Source of the DNA: an uncultured virus (IMG/VR IMGVR_UViG_3300011756_000031)
Taxonomy: Duplodnaviria; Heunggongvirae; Uroviricota; Caudoviricetes
Direction: 5' to 3' (one strand)
IMG/VR virus record: IMGVR_UViG_3300011756_000031
Length of the DNA: 20,000 nucleotides
Both the position numbers and the translations under genes were made by a program. Under the pieces are notes generated by a model, which saw only the letters and a program-made list of their open reading frames with translations, ran no database searches and was not told where the DNA came from. Position 1 is the stretch's first letter; the number at the start of each line of letters is the position of its first letter. Shown here one piece after another: positions 1 through 7,126 of the stretch.

Positions 1-614
1 TGTTTAAAGACGTGCGCCTGCGCCTTGCTGGCTGAGAGGAAAATCTGGTTGCGGCCGGTGGTGATGGCGTCAATCAGCGCCTCCCGGGCAAAAAAGAAAG
101 TCGCCCCGATCTGGCGTGATTTAAGCAGGTTGCGGATACGGTGGCGGTTGCCTGCCTCATACCAGTGGCGCTGGTAGGCGAACATCGAGCCGTGGAAAAC
201 CTCCTGCAGCTTCTCGATCTGTTCGTCGGTAAAAACGTTCTTTTCAGGCTGACGGCGCGGACCCTTGTTGCGGTTGGCTACGTTCGGGTTTAAATCCGCC
301 TCGTTCCCGCCGTCGTTGAATTTACCGATCCGGGCGTGGCGCTCTGACTGGCGCGCCAGCAGGTCAATTTCCTTGAAGTCTTTCCCTTCTTTCTGCTCCT
401 TCATAATGAGCTGGCAGTAACGCGCGGCGGTAGTGAGCTGCATCTGATCCAGCGGCCCATAGTCGCCCCACTTGTCGCGCTTCTTCCAGCTGTGAACGGT
501 TGCAACTTTCTCGCCCAGCATTTCAGCAATGCGGGCTACGCGGTATCCCTGAAAGTACAGCAGCATGGCCTGCCGACGGGGATCGAGGTCTGCGGGGGTC
601 AGTGTTGTGTTCAT
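1..614 (-). CDS. P: Terminase ATPase (large) subunit, 5' part only; runs off the window start
   Basis: Not in the ORF track. Manual translation from ATG at 614 gives [49 protein letters not shown]..., the P2 gpP N-terminus; divergent from O. Confidence 0.95.
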   Translation of the reverse strand, partial: MNTTLTPADLDPRRQAMLLYFQGYRVARIAEMLGEKVATVHSWKKRDKWGDYGPLDQMQLTTAARYCQLIMKEQKEGKDFKEIDLLARQSERHARIGKFNDGGNEADLNPNVANRNKGPRRQPEKNVFTDEQIEKLQEVFHGSMFAYQRHWYEAGNRHRIRNLLKSRQIGATFFFAREALIDAITTGRNQIFLSASKAQAHVFK

Positions 615-620
615 GGCACA

Positions 621-719
621 AGCCTACGGCCTTGACAGTGCGCTTTCCCCGGCTGCGGTTTGTATGGCCGACCGCACAAGCGCCGCGCGTTGTTTCACTC
701 CCCCCATCACCGCAACCAT
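621..719. promoter_or_regulatory. Divergent late promoters P_P/P_O with Ogr-family activator site TGT-N12-ACA (661-678)
   Basis: TGTatggccgaccgcACA at 661-678; minus-strand -10 TAGGCT (626-621); plus-strand -10-like AACCAT (714-719); site centred about 55 nt from each predicted +1. Confidence 0.8.
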
Positions 720-756
720 AAGGCTCCAGTAAGTTTTTTCTAACGGAGCAAGGCTC

Positions 757-1590
757 ATGACAGTGAAAGCAAAGCGTTTCCGTATCGGGGTGGAAGGTGC
801 CACCACCGACGGGCGCGAAATCCAGCGTGAATGGCTGGAGCAGATGGCGGCCAGCTACAACCCGGAGGTCTACACCGCGCTGATTAACCTTGAGCACATC
901 AAGTCTTATCTGCCGGAAAGCATCTTTAACCGCTACGGCAGGGTGGCGGCACTGGTTGCCGAAGAAATTCAGGACGGCCCGCTGAAAGGGAAATTGGCGC
1001 TGTATGCCGACGTGGAGCCGACCAGCTCACTGGTTGAACTGGTCAAGAAAGGCCAGAAGCTTTTCACATCCATGGAAGTCAGCCCGAAGTTTGCCGACAC
1101 CGGCAAAGCCTACCTTGTTGGCCTGGCCGCCACTGACGATCCGGCGAGCCTGGGCACCGAAATGCTGACCTTCAGCGCCAGCGCCGCACGAAACCCGCTG
1201 GCAAACCGCAAACAGAATCCTGAAAACCTGTTTACCGCCGCCGAAGAAACGCTGATCGAACTGGAAGAAACTCAGGGCGAAAAACCGTCCCTCTTTGCCC
1301 GTGTCACTGCGCTGTTTACCAAAAAAGAGCAGACCGATGATGCGCGTTTTTCAGATGTGCATAAAGCCGTTGAGCTGGTCGCCACCGAACAGCAGAACCT
1401 GAGCGAGCGCACTGATAAATCCCTGTCCGACCAGGACGCGCGCATTTCTGAGCTTGAAACTTCGCTGCAGGAGCAGCAGTCCGCCTTTGCCGAGCTTCAG
1501 CAGCAGCTGAGCCTTGAAGACAGCCGTAAAGATTACCGCCAGCGCGCGCCGGGCGGTGACGCACCGGCAGGCACCCTGACCAATTGCTGA
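757..1590 (+). CDS. O: Capsid scaffolding protein/protease
   Basis: MTVKAKRFRIGVEGATTDGREI..., LVGLAATDDPASLGTEML motif, coiled-coil C-terminus; precedes major capsid gene. Confidence 0.95.
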   Translation: MTVKAKRFRIGVEGATTDGREIQREWLEQMAASYNPEVYTALINLEHIKSYLPESIFNRYGRVAALVAEEIQDGPLKGKLALYADVEPTSSLVELVKKGQKLFTSMEVSPKFADTGKAYLVGLAATDDPASLGTEMLTFSASAARNPLANRKQNPENLFTAAEETLIELEETQGEKPSLFARVTALFTKKEQTDDARFSDVHKAVELVATEQQNLSERTDKSLSDQDARISELETSLQEQQSAFAELQQQLSLEDSRKDYRQRAPGGDAPAGTLTNC

Positions 1591-1606
1591 TGGAGCATAA
1601 AACCCG

Positions 1607-2668
1607 ATGAAAAAGAATACCCGCTTTGCCTTTAACGCTTACCTGCAGCAGCTGGCGCGTCTGAACGGTGTGGAAGTTGAAGAGCTTTCCAGCAAATTCA
1701 CCGTAGAGCCGTCCGTGCAGCAGACGCTGGAAGACCAGATCCAGCAGTCCGCCGCTTTCCTGACGCTGATTAACATCACGCCGGTTGCGGAGCAGTCCGG
1801 GCAGCTGCTTGGCCTGGGCGTAGGTTCCACCATTGCCGGAACCACCGACACCACCACCAAAGAGCGCGAACCTACCGATCCGATGCTGATGGAGGATGTG
1901 GAATATAAATGCGAACAGACCAACTTTGACACGGTGCTGACCTACGCAAAGCTGGACCTTTGGGCGAAATACCAGGACTTCCAGGTGCGTGTGCGCAATG
2001 CCATCGTCAAGCGCCAGGCACTGGACCGCATCATGATCGGCTTCAACGGCGTGAAGCGCGCCAAAACCTCCAACCGCGAAGAAAACCCGCTGCTGCAGGA
2101 TGTGAATAAGGGCTGGCTGCAGAAAATCCGCGAAGACGCGCCGGACCACGTTATGGGCAGTACCACCCAGAACGGCACCACCACCGCAGGCGCGGTGAAG
2201 GTGGGTAAGGGCGGCGACTATGCCAACCTGGACGCCGTGGTGATGGATGCGGTAAACGAGCTGATCGATGTGGTTTACCAGGACGATGACGAACTGGTGG
2301 TTATCTGCGGACGTGAACTGCTGTCTGACAAGTATTTCCCGCTGGTTAACAAAGAGCAGGAGAACAGCGAGAAAATCGCCGCCGATCTGATTATCAGCCA
2401 GAAACGCATGGGCGGTCTGCAGGCGGTGCGCGCGCCTTTCTTCCCGGCGAATGCCCTGATGATCACCCGCCTGGATAACCTGTCCATCTACTGGCAGGAG
2501 GACACCCGCCGCCGTTCTGTTATCGACAACCCGAAGCGTGACCGGATCGAAAACTTTGAGTCCGTCAACGAAGCGTATGTGATTGAAGACTATCGCTGCG
2601 CGGCACTGGTCGAAAACATCGAAATCGGTGATCACACTGCGCCAGCTGCGCCGGAAGGTGGGGAATAA
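1607..2668 (+). CDS. N: Major capsid protein, P2 family
   Basis: MKKNTRFAFNAYLQQLARLNGV..., ALDRIMIGFNG, NPLLQDVNKGWLQKIRE motifs; 353 aa. Confidence 0.97.
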   Translation: MKKNTRFAFNAYLQQLARLNGVEVEELSSKFTVEPSVQQTLEDQIQQSAAFLTLINITPVAEQSGQLLGLGVGSTIAGTTDTTTKEREPTDPMLMEDVEYKCEQTNFDTVLTYAKLDLWAKYQDFQVRVRNAIVKRQALDRIMIGFNGVKRAKTSNREENPLLQDVNKGWLQKIREDAPDHVMGSTTQNGTTTAGAVKVGKGGDYANLDAVVMDAVNELIDVVYQDDDELVVICGRELLSDKYFPLVNKEQENSEKIAADLIISQKRMGGLQAVRAPFFPANALMITRLDNLSIYWQEDTRRRSVIDNPKRDRIENFESVNEAYVIEDYRCAALVENIEIGDHTAPAAPEGGE

Positions 2669-2671
2669 CGC

Positions 2672-3322
2672 ATGAGCCTGAGTCCCGCACGGCAGCACCG
2701 CCTGCGCATTCAGGCCGAACAGGCCGCCCGGGAGGGCGGCAGTGTTCGCCATGCGTCCGGCTATGACCTGATGCTGCTCCAGCTCGCAGAAGACCGCCGC
2801 CGCCTTAAGGGCGTCCAGTCCACCGTGAAAAAGGCTGCAATCAAGGTGGAGCTTCTGCCGAAGTATGCCGCCTGGGCGGAGGGCGTGCTGGCTGCCGGAG
2901 GTGCGCAGCAGGATGACGTGCTGATGTACGTGATGCTGTGGCGTATCGATGCCGGTGATTATGCCGGTGCGCTGGAAATAGGGCGTCATGCGCTGCGCCA
3001 TGGCTGGGTGATGCCGCTGGGAAACCGCAACGTGCAGACCGTCCTGGCGGAAGAAATGGCGGACGCCGCACAAAGCGCCCTGCTGGCCGCCACCGGTTTT
3101 GATGCCGATCTGCTCCTGCAGACGCTGGATCTGACAAGCGATCTGGATATGCCGGACCAGTCCCGGGCGCGCCTGCATAAAGCCATCGGCGCGGTACTGA
3201 GCGAAAGTAACCCGGCTTCTGCCCTGAATCACCTTACCCATGCGCTGCAGCTCGATCCCCGATGCGGCGTGAAAAAAGAAAAGCAGCAGCTGGAGCGCAA
3301 ATTGCGCAGTGACAGCCGCTAA
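2672..3322 (+). CDS. M: Terminase endonuclease (small) subunit
   Basis: MSLSPARQHRLR..., QDDVLMYVMLWRIDAGDY, ALQLDPRCGVKK; position after N. Confidence 0.93.
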   Translation: MSLSPARQHRLRIQAEQAAREGGSVRHASGYDLMLLQLAEDRRRLKGVQSTVKKAAIKVELLPKYAAWAEGVLAAGGAQQDDVLMYVMLWRIDAGDYAGALEIGRHALRHGWVMPLGNRNVQTVLAEEMADAAQSALLAATGFDADLLLQTLDLTSDLDMPDQSRARLHKAIGAVLSESNPASALNHLTHALQLDPRCGVKKEKQQLERKLRSDSR

Positions 3323-3340
3323 AGAACGTGCCCCGCGCAC

Positions 3341-3394
3341 GGGCGGCACGGGGTGGCGAAAGGCATTGCCACATCAAAACCCCGTCCACCGCCC
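3341..3394 (+). other. GC-rich nested inverted repeats (predicted RNA structure) in the M-L intergenic region
   Basis: GGGCGG(3341-3346)/CCGCCC(3389-3394); ACGGGGT(3348-3354)/ACCCCGT(3379-3385); GTGGCGA(3353-3359)/TTGCCAC(3366-3372). Confidence 0.65.
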
Positions 3395-3415
3395 ACTATT
3401 TCAGGAGAAAGCCGA

Positions 3416-3880
3416 ATGCAGTTTATTGCGCCAGAGCAGGCACCCGAACAGGCGGACGTTATTAAAAATACGCCGTTCTGGCCTGATGTGGACCTGTCGG
3501 AATTTCGTAGCGTGATGCGCACTGACGGCACGGTGACGCAGCCACGTCTCAGGCAGGTTGCACTAACAGCAATTTCTGAGGTTAACGCTGAACTGTACGA
3601 CTTCCGCAACCGCCAGCAAATGCTGGGCTGTAAAGCCCTGGCTGATGTGCCGTCAGAAATGCTGGACGGCAGAAGTCAGCGCATTCAGCACTACCTTAAC
3701 GCCGTTTATTGCTGGGCGCGTGCCGTGCTCAATGAGCGTTATCAGGATTATGACGCCACGGCATCAGGAGTGAAACGAGGGGAGGAGCTGGCGGAGGCCA
3801 GCGGCGATCTGTGGCGCGATGCCCGCTGGGCTATCAGCCGGGTGCAGGATGCACCGCACTGCACGGTGGAGCTTATCTGA
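3416..3880 (+). CDS. L: Head completion/stabilisation protein
   Basis: Start moved to ATG 3416 (SD AGGAG upstream); MQFIAPEQAPEQADVIKNTPFWPDVDL..., YQDYDATASG, RWAISRVQDAPHCTVELI. Confidence 0.92.
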   Translation: MQFIAPEQAPEQADVIKNTPFWPDVDLSEFRSVMRTDGTVTQPRLRQVALTAISEVNAELYDFRNRQQMLGCKALADVPSEMLDGRSQRIQHYLNAVYCWARAVLNERYQDYDATASGVKRGEELAEASGDLWRDARWAISRVQDAPHCTVELI

Positions 3881-4083
3881 TGAAAGTGCGTGCGCACCAG
3901 TATGACACGGTGGACGCGCTTTGCTGGCGTCATTACGGGCGCACGCAGGGTGTCACTGAGCAGGTTCTGCAGGCAAATCCGGGGCTGGCTGAGCATGGCC
4001 CTTTTTTACCGCACGGGCTGCAGGTGGAAATGCCGGATATACCGGCAGCAACCACGGCGCAGACCGTCCAGCTATGGGACTGA
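3880..4083 (+). CDS. X: Tail protein X (baseplate, LysM-like)
   Basis: ATG overlaps the L stop (TGATG); MKVRAHQYDTVDALCWRHYGRTQGVTEQVLQANPGLA...VQLWD, 67 aa. Confidence 0.93.
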   Translation: MKVRAHQYDTVDALCWRHYGRTQGVTEQVLQANPGLAEHGPFLPHGLQVEMPDIPAATTAQTVQLWD

Positions 4084-4086
4084 AAT

Positions 4087-4302
4087 ATGACGCTTGAACG
4101 AATCAGCGCCTTTATCACTTACTGCATCGCCTTGCTGCTGGCATACCTGGGCGATCTGTCACTTAAGGATGCGTCAACAGTTGGTGGCGTGCTGATAGGT
4201 GTGCTGATGCTGGCGATCAACTGGTACTACAAACACAAAACCTACCAGCTGCTGCGCAGCGGGCAAATCACGCGGGGGGAGTATGAATCCTTCAATCGTT
4301 AA
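4087..4302 (+). CDS. Holin (small, two predicted TM segments, HP1/186-type)
   Basis: 71 aa, two hydrophobic stretches, basic C-terminal tail (INWYYKHK); sits at the P2 Y position before the endolysin. Confidence 0.85.
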   Translation: MTLERISAFITYCIALLLAYLGDLSLKDASTVGGVLIGVLMLAINWYYKHKTYQLLRSGQITRGEYESFNR

Positions 4303-4798
4303 GCGCTGCCTTGTCGGGGCGGTGCTGGCTATCGCCGCCACGCTGCCCGGTTTCCAGTCGTTGAATACCTCCGTCGAGGGGCTGAAGCTGTTAGCCGATT
4401 TCGAGGGGTGCCGCCTGCAGCCTTATCAGTGCAGCGCGGGTGTCTGGACTGACGGGATCGGCAATACGTCCGGCGTGGTGCCTGGTAAAACCATTACGGA
4501 AAGGCAGGCGGCGCAGGGGTTAATCAGCAATGTGTTGCTGACGGAAAAAAGGCTGGTTGCCTGCCTTAAGGTCAGACCCCCGCAGCATGTTTACGATGCG
4601 CTGGTAAGCATCGGCTTCAACGTGGGTACTGGCGCAATATGCCGATCCACCATGGTGTCCTACATCAACCGCCAGCAGTGGTGGCAGGCATGCAATGAGC
4701 TGCCGCGCTGGGTTTACGTCAACGGTAAGAAAAATAATGGGCTGGAGAACCGCCGCGCGCGGGAGCTGGCCTGGTGCTTGAAAGGTACTGGCATATGA
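4283..4798 (+). CDS. SAR endolysin, GH24 (T4/P1 Lyz-like) lysozyme
   Basis: N-terminal weakly hydrophobic Gly/Ala-rich anchor; catalytic E41-x8-C50-x5-T56; YDALVSIGFNVG and GLENRRARE motifs. Confidence 0.92.
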   Translation: MNPSIVKRCLVGAVLAIAATLPGFQSLNTSVEGLKLLADFEGCRLQPYQCSAGVWTDGIGNTSGVVPGKTITERQAAQGLISNVLLTEKRLVACLKVRPPQHVYDALVSIGFNVGTGAICRSTMVSYINRQQWWQACNELPRWVYVNGKKNNGLENRRARELAWCLKGTGI

Positions 4799-5223
4799 GC
4801 CGTGCGTTAGTGGTAGTGCTGGCGCTGACGCTCGCGGCGCTGAGCTGGCAGTCGTGGCGGCTTAACAATGCCAGCCACACCATCGAGACGCAGGGCGCGG
4901 CGCTGAAAAGCAAAGCGCAGGAACTGACGAAGAAAAACAGCCAGCTGATCGGCCTGTCCATTCTGACCGAAACCAACAGCCGGGAGCAGACGCGGCTTTA
5001 TGCGGCGGCGGAGCAGACCTCCGCGCTGCTGCGCAGTCGTCAGCATCGGATAGAGGAACTGAAACGTGAAAATGAGGATTTGCGCCGCTGGGCTGACACT
5101 CCTTTGCCTGCTGATGTTATCCGGCTGCGGGAGCGTCCGGCCCTCGCCGGAGGTGCAGCTTACCGTGATTGGCTGTCCCAGAGTGACGCATTGCCGCCTG
5201 GAAAGGTCAGCGCCGCGCAGTAA
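4795..5223 (+). CDS. lysB: Inner-membrane spanin (Rz-like, LysB family)
   Basis: ATG 4795 overlaps the endolysin stop (ATGA); N-terminal TM segment, coiled coil, ENEDLRRWADTPLPADVIRL motif. Confidence 0.9.
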   Translation: MSRALVVVLALTLAALSWQSWRLNNASHTIETQGAALKSKAQELTKKNSQLIGLSILTETNSREQTRLYAAAEQTSALLRSRQHRIEELKRENEDLRRWADTPLPADVIRLRERPALAGGAAYRDWLSQSDALPPGKVSAAQ

Positions 5224-5356
5224 CGGCGACCTGAACGCGATGCTGGATGAAACGGAGGCCGCTTGGGCGGCGTGTGCTGACAAAGTGGACACGATAATTG
5301 CGTGCCAGGAGCGAGATAATGAACAAGCCGCAGTCTTTACGCCGCGCCCTGAATGA
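5066..5356 (+). CDS. lysC: Outer-membrane spanin lipoprotein (Rz1-like, LysC)
   Basis: Signal peptide with lipobox LSGC; GCPRVTHC and WAACADKVDTIIACQ motifs; overlaps lysB and R as in P2. Start may be GTG 5066 or ATG 5072. Confidence 0.87.
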   Translation: MKMRICAAGLTLLCLLMLSGCGSVRPSPEVQLTVIGCPRVTHCRLERSAPRSNGDLNAMLDETEAAWAACADKVDTIIACQERDNEQAAVFTPRPE

Positions 5357-5750
5357 GGCTGTGCCTTATGTCCGCAATAACCCGGACAAGCTGCACCTGT
5401 TCGTGGATAACGGCTCACTGGTGGCAACCGGTGCCAGCTCTATGTCATGGGAATACCGCTACACCCTGAACGTAGTGATCGAGGATTTCAGCGGGAACCA
5501 GAATCTGCTGATGGCCCCGATTCTGCTGTGGCTCACTGCCAATCAGCCTGACGCTATCAATAACCGTGAGTTGCGCGAAAAGCTGTTCACCTTTGATGTG
5601 GATATCCTGCGCAATGATGTGTGCGATATCAGTCTGAACCTGCAGTTGACGGAGCGAGTGCTGGTAAGCACTGACGGGGGCATGTCGAGCGTTGAGGCGG
5701 TGCCAGAACCGGACGTATCGGAAGAAATGTGGACGGTGAAGCATGGATGA
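5319..5750 (+). CDS. R: Tail completion protein R
   Basis: Start moved to ATG 5319; MNKPQSLRRALN..., NPDKLHLFVDNG, SWEYRYTLNVVIEDFSG, LQLTERVLV. Confidence 0.92.
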   Translation: MNKPQSLRRALNEAVPYVRNNPDKLHLFVDNGSLVATGASSMSWEYRYTLNVVIEDFSGNQNLLMAPILLWLTANQPDAINNRELREKLFTFDVDILRNDVCDISLNLQLTERVLVSTDGGMSSVEAVPEPDVSEEMWTVKHG

Positions 5751-6195
5751 TCTGCAGAGGGTGGATGACTGGCTGGCGGCGTTGCTGGCAAATCTGGAGC
5801 CTGCCGCACGCAGCCGCATGATGCGTCAGCTGGCGCAGGAATTGCGCCGCAGTCAGCAGCAGAATATCAGGCTGCAGCGAAACCCGGACGGGAGCGGCTA
5901 TGAGCCGCGCCGGGTAACGGCCCGCAGCAAGAAGGGGCGCATCAAGCGCCAGATGTTTGCAAAACTTCGCACCACAAAATACCTGAAAACCGCTGCCAGT
6001 GCGGATTCTGCCAGCGTGCAGTTTGCGGGGAAGGTGCAGCGGATTGCGCGGGTGCATCATTACGGCTTAAGGGAGCGAATGAGAGGAGGCGGACATGTAG
6101 TTGCTTATGCCCGCCGAGAGTTACTTGGTTTCGATAGAGATATTCGAGCAAACCTGCTTGATTTTATTGTAAAAAATCTTGCTAAAGATGATTAG
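5743..6195 (+). CDS. S: Tail completion / virion morphogenesis protein S
   Basis: QQQNIRLQRNPDGSGYEPR, MFAKLRTTKYLK, RIARVHHYGLR motifs; 150 aa. Confidence 0.92.
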   Translation: MDDLQRVDDWLAALLANLEPAARSRMMRQLAQELRRSQQQNIRLQRNPDGSGYEPRRVTARSKKGRIKRQMFAKLRTTKYLKTAASADSASVQFAGKVQRIARVHHYGLRERMRGGGHVVAYARRELLGFDRDIRANLLDFIVKNLAKDD

Positions 6196-7013
6196 AATGC
6201 TTTGTTCAAATCTATATCATAGCCAGCAGATTTTAATTCTTTGGCTACTGTTAGCTGCCATGCGCTATCGCTAATGTACACAACACCGCTAATATCCCCA
6301 GGTAACTCTACATTTCCATCGACAATTGGCATAACTCGTTCCCGGCTAAGTAGACCGATAAGGAGACCATGTTCAAAAACAACGTTCTGCCTAGCCCTAG
6401 GGTTAAGGGTGCCTTTCTCGGCTTCAGTTGAGCTGTTACCCAAGTCATCCTCGGTGTAAAGCACTAATGCGAAACCGACATCAGTATAATGCTCGAGTTT
6501 CTCTATTATCGTTTTGCCCTTACTCGCTTGCTCATGAAGGATTACTGGATCCAATCCTAGTTTAGAGACAAATCGAGCCGTTCTTTCCTTAACTGCCTCG
6601 CCATGTCCATGGACAATAAAAACGCGATTGTTTTGCGGGGTTGATGATGGAGTTTCTTCGCTAATATTGTCTTCTTTAGTCTCTGGCGGTACATATTCAC
6701 CGCCTTCAAGATCCATGATTAAAGAGTCAATGTAAGCTGCATATCTCCCACCATCGTTATTCAAAAACCAAGTACCTGCATCTTCCCACCGACTGATTGC
6801 TGAGAAAGAATAGCTAATCATTTTCTGATCGAAACGTGCTGATTCAGCAGGCAATGAATTATCAAGTATCTCTCTTGTTTTTCGCTTCAATGCCTCGAAT
6901 CTGTTACGACCAAATTCTGTTCCTCTAGTTGAATATGCTATGACGACCTCTTCTAAGAGACGCCGCTTTAGTTGCACTAACTGATCAACAATTTCGTTCT
7001 CGGGTTGTGTCAT
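6192..7013 (-). CDS. Accessory (moron) protein: unrecognised N-terminal domain plus CAP12/Pycsar-type TIR-like nucleotide-binding domain; putative anti-phage NADase
   Basis: aa130-250 carry RVFIVHGH, LGLDPVILHEQ, TIIEKLE, FALVLYTEDD, RARQNVVFEHG, ELPGDISGVVYI, typical of the PF10137-type TIR-like family; AT-rich and antisense to flanking late genes. Confidence 0.88.
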   Translation of the reverse strand: MTQPENEIVDQLVQLKRRLLEEVVIAYSTRGTEFGRNRFEALKRKTREILDNSLPAESARFDQKMISYSFSAISRWEDAGTWFLNNDGGRYAAYIDSLIMDLEGGEYVPPETKEDNISEETPSSTPQNNRVFIVHGHGEAVKERTARFVSKLGLDPVILHEQASKGKTIIEKLEHYTDVGFALVLYTEDDLGNSSTEAEKGTLNPRARQNVVFEHGLLIGLLSRERVMPIVDGNVELPGDISGVVYISDSAWQLTVAKELKSAGYDIDLNKAF

Positions 7014-7046
7014 TTTTTTTCATCCGCGCAAAGCTGTGTGTAGATA

Positions 7047-7076
7047 ATCATAAAGAGTAATTGTATCTGCTGCCAT
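7047..7076 (-). promoter_or_regulatory. Putative sigma70 promoter for the TIR gene
   Basis: Minus strand ATGGCA (7076-7071), 18-nt spacer, TATGAT (7052-7047), about 35 nt upstream of ATG 7013. Confidence 0.45.
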
Positions 7077-7126
7077 ACAAAAGCTCTCGTTATCAAATGG
7101 TTGAATCTTTCACCATTATGTCTGAA
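7061..7126 (+). promoter_or_regulatory. Late promoter P_V with Ogr-family site; leaderless V transcript
   Basis: TTGTAT-N8-ATACAA palindrome (7061-7080, contains TGT-N12-ACA); -10 CATTAT at 7114-7119 places +1 at the V ATG (7126); no SD. Confidence 0.82.

Noticed and set aside
603..620. Second TGT-N12-ACA overlapping the P start codon
   Set aside because: Only 6 specified bases, so several chance matches are expected in 20 kb; no suitably spaced promoter seen
500..897. Short ORFs 500..721, 523..897 and 624..806
   Set aside because: They overlap the real P and O starts and the divergent promoter; the real gene P is absent from the track because it runs off the window
1316..3349. 677-aa minus-strand ORF antisense to O/N/M
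   Set aside because: Shadow ORF of GC-rich, codon-biased genes; no recognisable motifs; fully overlaps confident genes
6192..7013. Calling the TIR gene a CBASS, Pycsar or Thoeris system
   Set aside because: No cyclase, ThsA or recognisable nucleotide-sensor domain in the window; a partner elsewhere in the genome cannot be excluded
7013..7023. A8 run and out-of-frame upstream ATG just before the TIR start, as possible phase variation
   Set aside because: The run lies outside the reading frame apart from the A of ATG; slippage would only alter SD spacing; no evidence of variation from one sequence
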